Origin: Cyanophyceae cyanobacterium
Lineage (GTDB): Bacteria; Cyanobacteriota; Cyanobacteriia; Cyanobacteriales; Laspinemataceae
Length of the DNA: 64,000 bases
NCBI GenBank assembly: GCA_038321985.1
Contig: JBBQFN010000010.1
Coordinates: 1-64,000 of the forward strand
Reading direction: 5' to 3'
Within the stretch, counting starts at the first letter, position 1, and every line of letters begins with the position of its first letter. Shown piece after piece: positions 41,199 to 49,572 of this stretch. The notes beneath the pieces were generated by a model. The model had not been told where the DNA came from. It ran no database searches and was given only the letters and a program-made list of their open reading frames with translations. The translations under genes and the position numbers were made by a program.

Positions 41199-41849
41199 GT
41201 GAACTCCTCTTTCACGTCCCCAATCCACCGTCACAGCACTGCCTCTGAGCCATCCTCGGGAGGTTCGTCTCGCTTTTCGATCCGGGCCGCCCAAGCCAAA
41301 GACCTCAGCACCCTGTCCGAGATTTTGGTCGATAGCTTTCATTCTCAAGACGGTTTCGGGGGTTGGCTGCATCCCATTTGGCGCTTAGGCATTTATGAAG
41401 ATTTGCGAGTGCGACTGCGATCAAGCTCAGCCCACTGTATCTGCTTAGTTGCCCTCGATCCTCCACCGGAACCCCCCTGTGACTATGAATCCGCCGTGAA
41501 GTCCCCGGCAGGGGATTGCGTAATTGTTGGCACAGTAGAAATGGCGTTGCGCTGTATCAAACCCTGGACCCTGGGAATGACACAGTTTCCTTACCTGTCG
41601 AATTTAGCGATCGCCGACTCTTATCGCCGCCAGGGAGGAGCGAGTCAATTGCTGCAAGCTTGCGAGGACATCGCCTTAGATTGGGGGTTCCATGACCTTT
41701 ACCTGCACGTTCTCGACAATAACCGCGCGGCGAGACGACTCTATCACAAAGAAGGCTATCGGGTTCACTCTATTGAGTCGGGATGGGGTCCTTGGTGTTT
41801 CGGTCAACCCAAACGAATGCTTCTGCATAAGGCACTTGATCGCCGTTGA
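41199..41849 (+). CDS. GNAT N-acetyltransferase
   Basis: YLSNLAI...YRRQGGA motif A, LHV..NN.AA..LY.K.GY. GTG 41199 is more plausible than the track start 41052. Confidence 0.85.
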   Translation: MNSSFTSPIHRHSTASEPSSGGSSRFSIRAAQAKDLSTLSEILVDSFHSQDGFGGWLHPIWRLGIYEDLRVRLRSSSAHCICLVALDPPPEPPCDYESAVKSPAGDCVIVGTVEMALRCIKPWTLGMTQFPYLSNLAIADSYRRQGGASQLLQACEDIALDWGFHDLYLHVLDNNRAARRLYHKEGYRVHSIESGWGPWCFGQPKRMLLHKALDRR

Positions 41850-42216
41850 GCGAAGCGGTGGGCACTCGCCTCATCTAGCAACAGTATTTCTGCTTTTCAG
41901 CCAGCAGTGGGCGCACTTTAACTCCCTACCTTAAAAATTACCTTTCCAGGGCAACGGACTGGGTTTATCTCTCTTTTGCGATGCTCCCTGGCCTGTTTTG
42001 GAACAGGGGGACTTATGTTTTTAAATTCCTGAAAAATTTTAAATGGATTGAAACGCACTTTTTTAACCCAAAAGCGCGTTTGCTGATGTAATCGGGGAAT
42101 GATAAATCTATTAAAACTTTATTCCTTAAATTTGGGGATTTTTCTACCCCCATCTTGTAGTCATGAACTGCCCCATTTGTATGTAGTGATTTTCGGCATG
42201 AGAAGGGAACCCTCAA

Positions 42217-42813
42217 ATGACTCAACATAAACAGGAGGACCGGCAACAAAATAGAGAGGCCCAAGGATATAACCCCCTGGGTTCCATCCCATCTGACTGT
42301 CTCGACTGCATCATTCCCAAAAGCGAGACAGCCCTTCCTTCTCGTGCTTTGATTAAATACTCCCCTACTTCCCAACTCTTGACTCAGATCCGAAGCGGGC
42401 AGCTTTTTGTCGTGGACAGTCGTCGTCGCTGCGGATTGATTGTCTACAAGCGCTTTCATGCGGAGTTCGTGGGTCCAGGAGCCGCAGTTGGGGGCATTTT
42501 TGATATAGAGTGTCAGCAAACTATTCCCGTGGGGGATCTGGTTCTGCTCTATCCCGAAAGCTACGAAGAACGGCAAAAAGCATTTGCGATTCGCCGCCAT
42601 TGGATTCGGTTATTGGAACGGCTGACGGCACAAGAGGTTCCATTACAGCGCACCCAAATGATGCTCACCCAATTTCAGCACTACTTCGATCGCGAAACAG
42701 TGTTGAGACTCCCGGATGAGGCGATCGCCCGATTGGTGGGTGTCCTCCCTCAAACCGTGCGTAGCCTCCGGCACCTAGAGTCCAAGTCCCTAGTCAAAGT
42801 GGCTGCACTCTAA
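42217..42813 (+). CDS. Conserved cyanobacterial protein, degenerate Crp/Fnr-like with C-terminal HTH
   Basis: EFVGPGAAVGG beta-roll-like segment; LPDEAIARLVGVLPQTVR HTH-like end. Confidence 0.55.
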   Translation: MTQHKQEDRQQNREAQGYNPLGSIPSDCLDCIIPKSETALPSRALIKYSPTSQLLTQIRSGQLFVVDSRRRCGLIVYKRFHAEFVGPGAAVGGIFDIECQQTIPVGDLVLLYPESYEERQKAFAIRRHWIRLLERLTAQEVPLQRTQMMLTQFQHYFDRETVLRLPDEAIARLVGVLPQTVRSLRHLESKSLVKVAAL

Positions 42814-42817
42814 ACCC

Positions 42818-42856
42818 CTTTACCCTGTAGCCTAAAGCTGAGGCTACAGGGTAAAG
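42818..42856. terminator. Perfect 16-bp hairpin between convergent genes
   Basis: CTTTACCCTGTAGCCT-aaagctg-AGGCTACAGGGTAAAG. Confidence 0.75.
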
Positions 42857-42908
42857 CCTCCCTGACAAGGGGTAATTTAAACCTCCGGATTTTGTCCACA
42901 GGAAATTT

Positions 42909-44057
42909 TTACTTGCCGAAATTTAATTCCTGCAAGCGGGATAAGGTGCGTTGATTTTCCTCGGGGGTGCCGACAGTAATTCGCAAACCGCCCCCCGTGT
43001 GACGAATCAGAGTCCCCTGAGCGTTAAGTTCCTGGGTGATCCGAGTCAGAGTAGCGGCGATCGCCTCCGTCGGGGTGAGATCCGGGCGCAGGTAAATAAA
43101 GTTAGCTGCACTCGGATAAACTCGAAACCTTTGCAATTGCTGCAATCCCTCAATTAAGCGCTGACGCTCCGTTAAAGTTTCGGGAATCGTGCTCAGGAGT
43201 TCGTGGCGATGGGCGATCGCCAAGGTAGCGGCGATTTGGGAGAAAGCGGGGAGGTTGTAAGGCAGGCGGACTTTTTCCAGGGTCGCCGTGAGTTCCGGAT
43301 GGGCGATCGCATATCCCACCCGCAGGGCCGCTAACCGAAACGCCTTGGAAAAGGTCCGCATAATCACCCAATTCGGATGGTGGAGTAACTCACTCACTAC
43401 GCTAGTCTGACTAAATTCAAAATACGCCTCGTCGATCGCCACCAAAATATGGGGAGGTAGACTGCGAATCCAATTGAGTTCAGCAGGGGTTAAAGCGTTG
43501 GCTGTGGGGGAGTTGGGATGGACCACGAATACCACCCGCACTGGGGGATTTTGGGTGTTGGTGATTGCCGCTTGGGCCCCTGGGATATCGATTTCAAAGT
43601 TAACCTCGTTACGTCCGACCTCCACTACCGGAATACCCAGGGTTTGGGCTAAAATTCCATACATGGAAAAGGTGGGATGTGCCACGAGAACGGACCCTTC
43701 TCCCCCAAGGCAAGTGGCAATGAGTAACGAGCGAATCAGTTCATCGGATCCATTGCCGAGGGAGATATGGGTCTCACAGAGGGGTGAACTTGGCAGTTGC
43801 ACCGATTCGTTGACATACTCGGCGATCGCCTGCTTTAACGAGGCATGACTCCCATCAGGATAGCGATTGGTTTCAATCTCCTGTTGATAGGTCCAGGCCA
43901 GCTTTTCTTTGAGCGCCGCAGGCAAATCGTAGGGACTTTCATTCGTATCCACCCGATCAAGTTGGGCAGGCTTCCCCCTGGGGGAATCGATAGCGCTGCC
44001 GGGGTGGGGAGTATAGGCAATCAGTTTAGATAAATCTGAGCGGATAAAACTCAGCAT
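42909..44057 (-). CDS. hisC: Histidinol-phosphate aminotransferase
   Basis: [51 protein letters not shown] 44057 preferred. Confidence 0.92.
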   Translation of the reverse strand: MLSFIRSDLSKLIAYTPHPGSAIDSPRGKPAQLDRVDTNESPYDLPAALKEKLAWTYQQEIETNRYPDGSHASLKQAIAEYVNESVQLPSSPLCETHISLGNGSDELIRSLLIATCLGGEGSVLVAHPTFSMYGILAQTLGIPVVEVGRNEVNFEIDIPGAQAAITNTQNPPVRVVFVVHPNSPTANALTPAELNWIRSLPPHILVAIDEAYFEFSQTSVVSELLHHPNWVIMRTFSKAFRLAALRVGYAIAHPELTATLEKVRLPYNLPAFSQIAATLAIAHRHELLSTIPETLTERQRLIEGLQQLQRFRVYPSAANFIYLRPDLTPTEAIAATLTRITQELNAQGTLIRHTGGGLRITVGTPEENQRTLSRLQELNFGK

Positions 44058-44547
44058 AGAATTGTACAACCACTACAAAGCCGTAATTGGGTGACAAGCA
44101 CCACTGTCTTTAGTATGGTTGTTTGGGTCAACTTCAGGCAATAGGCTTTTGTTCACAGAGGCGTTTTGGGGTTAGGAAGCGGCAACCAAGGCATCACGGA
44201 CAACCGCGCGATCGCCCCACTTTCCATCCTCCCATGTGGATTGTTTTAACATTTCATGGCATCAATCAGTTAGGCTAAACTCTATTCAATCGTTGTCTAG
44301 GAGCCTAACCCTTGCATAAATACTCTAAAATGTTAAGGGGATAGGAAAAGACAATTCTCCCCTGACCTGGAGTGGTAGATCCCCTTTAGGTAACTGGGTC
44401 GGACCTTACCCTCAGAAAGATAAACCGGGCTTGAACAGACAACTTCGGAGGTAACCGGGCCAAACCCCTGATTTTCCCTCCGTTAGGTATGTTATTGTGA
44501 ACGTTGACAATTTCGACAAATGCAAGTACGCGAGACGGGGACTGACT

Positions 44548-45651
44548 GTGGAAAAAATTAAACTAGCGATTGTAGGCGTTGGTAACTGTGCTAGCTCTTT
44601 GGTACAGGGAATTTACTTTTATAAAGATAAGACTTCTGAAGAAGCGATCGGGTTAATGCACTGGGATATTGGCGGCTATAAACCGAATGATATCGATGTC
44701 GTGGTGGCTTTTGATATTGACCGCCGAAAAGTCGGCCAAGATGTCTCTAAAGCTATATTTTCCGAACCCAATTGTACGACAGTTTTTTGTGAAGACGTTC
44801 CCGAAATTGGCGTTAAAGTCAGCATGGGAAGAATTCTCGATGGTGTCTCCGAACATCTAGTCAATTATGCAGACAAATATACTTTCCTCCCGAGCGATGC
44901 TCCAGAACCAACCCGAGATGATGTCATTGCTATTTTAAAAGAATCAGGCACTCAAGTTTTAGTCAATTACCTCCCCGTTGGGTCGGAAGAAGCCACGAGT
45001 TTTTATGCAGAATGCTGTCTGGAAGCAGGGGTTGCTTTTGTTAACTGCATTCCCGTCTTTATTGCTAGCAATCAGTTGTGGGCGGATAAGTTTGAATCCC
45101 GCAATATCCCCATCGTAGGAGATGATATTAAATCCCAACTGGGGGCAACAATTGTTCACCGGATGATTACTGATCTGGCCAAAAAAAGAGGGGTGAAAGT
45201 AGAGCGAACCTATCAGCTCAACACCGCTGGAAATACAGATTTCCTAAATATGTTAAATCGCACCCGCTTAAAGTCTAAAAAAGAATCCAAGACCGAAGCG
45301 GTCCAGTCGGTCTGTGAAACTAGACTAGAGGATGAAAATATTCACGTGGGGCCGAGTGATTACGTCCCCTGGCAGAAGGATAATAAAGTTTGTTTTATCC
45401 GAGTGGAAGGCAAACTGTTCGGGGATGTGCCGATGAACATTGAAATGCGCCTCTCCGTCGAGGATTCGCCCAACTCGGCTGGGGTGGCGATCGATGCAAT
45501 TCGCTGCTGTAAATTAGCCCTAGATCGGGGCAAAGGTGGGGTGTTATATTCTCCGGCTTCCTATTTCATGAAGCATCCACCTAAACAATATCCGGATGGG
45601 GATGCCTACCGGATGACCGAGGAGTTTATTAACGGATTTAGAGAGTATTAA
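44548..45651 (+). CDS. ino1: Inositol-3-phosphate (myo-inositol-1-phosphate) synthase
   Basis: IVGVGNCASSLVQG, NYLPVGS, GDDIKSQLGAT, QLNTAGNTDFLNM, SKKESKT, GPSDYVPW, EDSPNSAG; GTG 44548 likely start. Confidence 0.93.
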   Translation: MEKIKLAIVGVGNCASSLVQGIYFYKDKTSEEAIGLMHWDIGGYKPNDIDVVVAFDIDRRKVGQDVSKAIFSEPNCTTVFCEDVPEIGVKVSMGRILDGVSEHLVNYADKYTFLPSDAPEPTRDDVIAILKESGTQVLVNYLPVGSEEATSFYAECCLEAGVAFVNCIPVFIASNQLWADKFESRNIPIVGDDIKSQLGATIVHRMITDLAKKRGVKVERTYQLNTAGNTDFLNMLNRTRLKSKKESKTEAVQSVCETRLEDENIHVGPSDYVPWQKDNKVCFIRVEGKLFGDVPMNIEMRLSVEDSPNSAGVAIDAIRCCKLALDRGKGGVLYSPASYFMKHPPKQYPDGDAYRMTEEFINGFREY

Positions 45652-45662
45652 TTAACTTTCTA

Positions 45663-45698
45663 ATCGCCTCATTCTTCAGGAGTGAGGCGATATTTTTT
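45663..45698 (+). terminator. Intrinsic terminator after ino1
   Basis: ATCGCCTCATTC-ttcag-GAGTGAGGCGAT followed by ATTTTTT. Confidence 0.75.
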
Positions 45699-45762
45699 AG
45701 AGAACCCGTTCTAACCTAAAAAATTTCCTAACTGTCTCCCAAACTCTTGTCTAAATTGTTGA

Positions 45763-46635
45763 ATGTTTGACGTTTGTGTGATTGGTCATGTTACTCAAGA
45801 TAGGATTATAATTGATGGAAAAATCGAACGCGAAATGGCTGGAGGGACGGCAATTTATACAGCCTTAGCTTTAAAAGCATTGGGCTTAAAGGTGGCCGTC
45901 TTAACTAAGACCTCTCGCCAGGACCGCAGGCGTCTGTTAGAAGAATTAGAAACTCAGGGAATTGCCATATTTTGGATTGAAAGCCCGGAAACTACTCAAT
46001 TTGACAATATCTATCAGCGCGATCGCCTGGATAGTCGTCAACAACGAGTACAGGCAGTCGCCGCCCCCTTCACTCCACCAGACTTAGGTCAAATTCAAGC
46101 CCGAATCTTTCATCTGGGCGCACTCACCAATCAGGAGATGTCTCTGGAATTTCTGCAAGCTGTTTTTGCAACAAAAGCCTTAATTTCTTTAGATGGACAA
46201 GGGTTTTTGCGGCAAGTCAGCAACCAAACTGTTCAGGCAGCTGACTGGACAGAAAAACTACCCGGACTAGCTGGGGTAGATATTTTGAAAGTGGATATCC
46301 AAGAGGCACAACTGCTATCCGGAGAAAATGCCATAGAACCGGCGGCGATCGCCCTCAGTAATTGGGGAGTTCGAGAAGTTTTAATCACCGCCGCGAGTCT
46401 CGGGTCCTGGATTTATCAATCCGGTACTCTTGAAAAAATTCCGGCCTTTGCACCTACTACGGCTGTCGATCCAACCGGGTGTGGAGATACCTACATCGCT
46501 GGTTATTTATATTCTCGATTAACCGGAAAAACAAGCGGTGGCGCGGGCAAATTTGCCGCCCAAGTGGCTACCCGCAAACTCGAAAAATTCGGTCCGATTC
46601 GGGAGTGGGAAACTCCCGAATCAATCCCGGGTTAA
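45763..46635 (+). CDS. PfkB/ribokinase-family carbohydrate kinase
   Basis: IGHVTQD, AGGTAIY, LDGQGFLR, VDPTGCGDTY (PfkB signature 2). Confidence 0.88.
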   Translation: MFDVCVIGHVTQDRIIIDGKIEREMAGGTAIYTALALKALGLKVAVLTKTSRQDRRRLLEELETQGIAIFWIESPETTQFDNIYQRDRLDSRQQRVQAVAAPFTPPDLGQIQARIFHLGALTNQEMSLEFLQAVFATKALISLDGQGFLRQVSNQTVQAADWTEKLPGLAGVDILKVDIQEAQLLSGENAIEPAAIALSNWGVREVLITAASLGSWIYQSGTLEKIPAFAPTTAVDPTGCGDTYIAGYLYSRLTGKTSGGAGKFAAQVATRKLEKFGPIREWETPESIPG

Positions 46636-46698
46636 AAATATTGTGGCGATTAACAAATCGACAGATTAGCTAATCTGTCGGTTTGGTTTCCTCAAATC

Positions 46699-47307
46699 TT
46701 ACGAAACCCCCATTCCCGATGAGTCCTCGACCGGATGCGTGACCCGATAAACATGAATAATCCGCTGTAAACTGGTTAATAAACTGGCGATCGCCAAGAC
46801 CGATAACGCCACAGGCAACTGATCCACAATTAAACCGAGCGCCATCACAATCACCCGGGGGAGTCGGGGAAACCACCCCACCTTGCACTCAATCTTCAAT
46901 CCTTCCGCCCGAGCACGAGTATAACTGACCATCTGTGACCCCAGCAGGGCCAACAGACAAATCGGAATCGACGGATACTCTTGACGCTGGATTAATAAAA
47001 TTGTGATGCCAATTAAAATAGCCCCTTCCGAAAATCGGTCTAAGACGGAATCAAAAAACGCCCCAAACGCATTCTGTTGATTGAGTAAGCGAGCAAGGGT
47101 CCCATCGATCGCATCTAGGGGCATCGCGATCAATCCCATTAATAATCCCCCCCACAACGGTTGATTATTGGCGATTACCCCTGCCGCCAAAATATTCAAC
47201 AACAAGCTCAACAGTGTAATAGTATTGGCAGAAATGCCCAGTTTTGCCAGCCCCTTAGCAATGGGTTCAATGATAAATTTCGTGCGATCGCGCGCCCAAG
47301 TCTCCAC
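46699..47307 (-). CDS. CDP-alcohol phosphatidyltransferase, PIP/archaetidylinositol-phosphate-synthase-like
   Basis: D.IDG.LAR...FGAFFDSVLDR..E signature plus SQMVSYTRARAEG and R.PR motifs. Confidence 0.8.
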   Translation of the reverse strand: METWARDRTKFIIEPIAKGLAKLGISANTITLLSLLLNILAAGVIANNQPLWGGLLMGLIAMPLDAIDGTLARLLNQQNAFGAFFDSVLDRFSEGAILIGITILLIQRQEYPSIPICLLALLGSQMVSYTRARAEGLKIECKVGWFPRLPRVIVMALGLIVDQLPVALSVLAIASLLTSLQRIIHVYRVTHPVEDSSGMGVS

Positions 47308-47418
47308 AACTATTAACCCTTTAGACTGAATTTTGATTTAGCTATGTTAACCTTACAAGCTAAATTCCGGCGAACACGGGGACGGATATAAGGATCAAAG
47401 ATGCAATACCCCCTGTTC

Positions 47419-47503
47419 GTAGTAACGCCTTTAGTCGTTATCTGGGTTTGGTAGTAACGCCTTTAGTCGTTATCTGGGTTTGGTAGTAACGCCTTTAGTC
47501 GTT
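47419..47503 (+). repeat. REP-like tandem array, 3 x GTAGTAACGCCTTTAGTCGTT at a 32-bp period
   Basis: Copies at 47419, 47451, 47483 with identical linker ATCTGGGTTTG. Confidence 0.9.
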
Positions 47504-47581
47504 CCCCCTAACCCCCACCCCCCCTCCAATCAAAACCGATCGCGTTTACCCTAGATGTTGACTTAACCCTAAAACCCGATT

Positions 47582-48427
47582 ATGACTCAGACGGATCATA
47601 TCGTTTCTGCCGAATGGCTATTCCAACACCTAGACGATCCGCACATCGCGATCGCTGATTGTCGCTTTTCCCTCGCCGATCCTGAACTCGGACAACAACA
47701 ATATCTGCATAACCATATTCCCGGTGCTCACTATCTGCACCTCAATCGTGATTTATCTTCCCCAGTCGCACAACATGGAGGACGGCACCCCCTGCCGAAC
47801 CCAGAAACCTTCGCCCAAACATTAGCGGCAGTCGGGGTCACCTCTCCAGACGTATTACTCGTGGTTTATGATGACTCCCGATTCGCCTTTGCTGCCCGAC
47901 TCTGGTGGTTAATGCGCTATCTGGGACACGATCGCGTTGCCATTTTAGATGGTGGATTTAAAGGATGGCAGTCTGCCGGATATCCCCTCACGGATACCAT
48001 TCCTAGACCCAGGGAAGGAACCTTTCTCCCGCAAATCCGCAGCGATCGCCTTGTGGATATCGAGACGGTCAAAACCCGGTCCCCCTTGCCCGAAGTTGCC
48101 CTCATCGATTCCCGAGAACGCGATCGCTACCTCGGCAACCATGAACCTATCGACCCGATCGCCGGTCACATTCCCGGTGCTCTCAACTACCCTTGGCAAG
48201 AAGTCACCGACGAGAACGCCCAAGTCAGACCCCCCAAGGAACAAGTTCAACGTTGGACGGATCTTGCCGGTTCCGAAGAAATTATTGTCTATTGCGGGTC
48301 TGGTGTCACCGCCTGCGTTAATCTCCTCTCCCTGGAAATGGCGGGCATTCCCAACGCCAAACTCTATGCCGGAAGCTGGAGTGACTGGTGTTCCTACCAG
48401 AGAGAGGATTCATCCCCCAACACTTGA
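47582..48427 (+). CDS. sseA: Tandem-domain rhodanese/3-mercaptopyruvate sulfurtransferase
   Basis: HIPGA twice, LDGGFKGW, YCGSGVTAC, LYAGSWSDW. Confidence 0.9.
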   Translation: MTQTDHIVSAEWLFQHLDDPHIAIADCRFSLADPELGQQQYLHNHIPGAHYLHLNRDLSSPVAQHGGRHPLPNPETFAQTLAAVGVTSPDVLLVVYDDSRFAFAARLWWLMRYLGHDRVAILDGGFKGWQSAGYPLTDTIPRPREGTFLPQIRSDRLVDIETVKTRSPLPEVALIDSRERDRYLGNHEPIDPIAGHIPGALNYPWQEVTDENAQVRPPKEQVQRWTDLAGSEEIIVYCGSGVTACVNLLSLEMAGIPNAKLYAGSWSDWCSYQREDSSPNT

Positions 48428-48504
48428 ACCTCACCTACCTCTGGATTTCTTGCACCACTGAATGTCAAAATAAAGCTAAATTAGCCTCAAAACTGAACAG
48501 AATT

Positions 48505-49254
48505 ATGACCATGATTCCTGCCTTAGACCGTGCCTTTCAACAAGGACGTGCCTTAAAAATTATCACCGGACTGACCAACTTTGACGCCGATCGCGTTGCT
48601 ACCGTGGTTCGGGCCGCCGATCGCGGGGGTGCTACCTTCGTAGATATTGCCGCTGATCCGGCCTTAGTCAAATTAGCCAAACAGTTGACAAATTTACCAA
48701 TTTGTGTATCAGCAGTGGAACCGGCAAAATTTCTGGCCTGTGTAGAAGCCGGTGCCGATTTAATTGAAATTGGTAACTTTGATGCCTTCTATGCAATGGG
48801 ACGGCGCTTTGAAGCAGCCGAAGTGCTGCAACTGACAAGGGAAACCCGCGCCTTACTGCCGAATATCATCCTTTCTGTCACCGTTCCCCATATTTTAGAA
48901 CTGAATCAGCAAGTGGATCTGGCTGAGGAATTGGTGAAAGCGGGTGCAGATATCATCCAAACTGAAGGCGGCACCAGCAGCAATCCGATTCACCCCGGGA
49001 TTTTAGGGGCGATCGAAAAAGCAGCACCCACTCTGGCAGCCGCCTCCGCTATTTCCCGGGCAGTTTCTGTACCCGTGCTCTGCGCCTCGGGGATTTCTAC
49101 CGTAACCGCACCGATGGCGATCGCTGCTGGTGCCGCTGGGGTTGGGGTTGGTTCGGCAATTAACCGTTTGAATAACGAACTCGCGGCGATCGCTGGGGTC
49201 AAGAGTTTAGTGGAAGCCTTATCCACTGTTAGCCGTTCCACCATCCACGTCTAA
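48505..49254 (+). CDS. DUF561/Ycf23 family TIM-barrel protein
   Basis: ALKII.GL.NFD, GGATFVDIAAD, IEIGNFD, IQTEGG, PVLCASG; ATG 48505 preferred. Confidence 0.8.
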   Translation: MTMIPALDRAFQQGRALKIITGLTNFDADRVATVVRAADRGGATFVDIAADPALVKLAKQLTNLPICVSAVEPAKFLACVEAGADLIEIGNFDAFYAMGRRFEAAEVLQLTRETRALLPNIILSVTVPHILELNQQVDLAEELVKAGADIIQTEGGTSSNPIHPGILGAIEKAAPTLAAASAISRAVSVPVLCASGISTVTAPMAIAAGAAGVGVGSAINRLNNELAAIAGVKSLVEALSTVSRSTIHV

Positions 49255-49310
49255 TTGGGGGTTTAGTTTGGCTAGACACTAGGGTTTTTAGCGGAATTAA
49301 AAACTGAAGA

Positions 49311-49460
49311 AACGACTAAAGTCGTTACTACGAACGGAAGAAAGGACTAAAGTTGTTCCGGGATGTTTGTAGTAACGACTTTAGTCGTTAGTCCTGAGGA
49401 CAAACGGCAGAAAGGACTAAAGTTGTTCCGGGATGTTTGTAGTAACGACTTTAGTCGTTA
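49311..49460. repeat. REP-like array with a 50-bp exact direct repeat (70-bp period)
   Basis: GTAGTAACGACTTTAGTCGTT at 49311 (-), 49369 (+), 49439 (+); 49341-49390 is identical to 49411-49460. Confidence 0.9.
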
Positions 49461-49572
49461 TCCCCTCCCCCTGTCAAAAGTAGCCACCTTAATTTAGGTA
49501 GGTTAAAACTGATTTAAAACCACACAACTTCCGGTTTTAAATGTCAAGCACTTTACGTCCCAAATCCGCCCC

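Noticed and set aside
42013..42600. 195-aa minus-strand ORF, and similar shadow ORFs such as 26594-27205 and 28470-28910
   Set aside because: Antisense to better-supported genes and without motifs
44230..44500. Riboswitch upstream of ino1
   Set aside because: Only short hairpins; no known aptamer motif recognised
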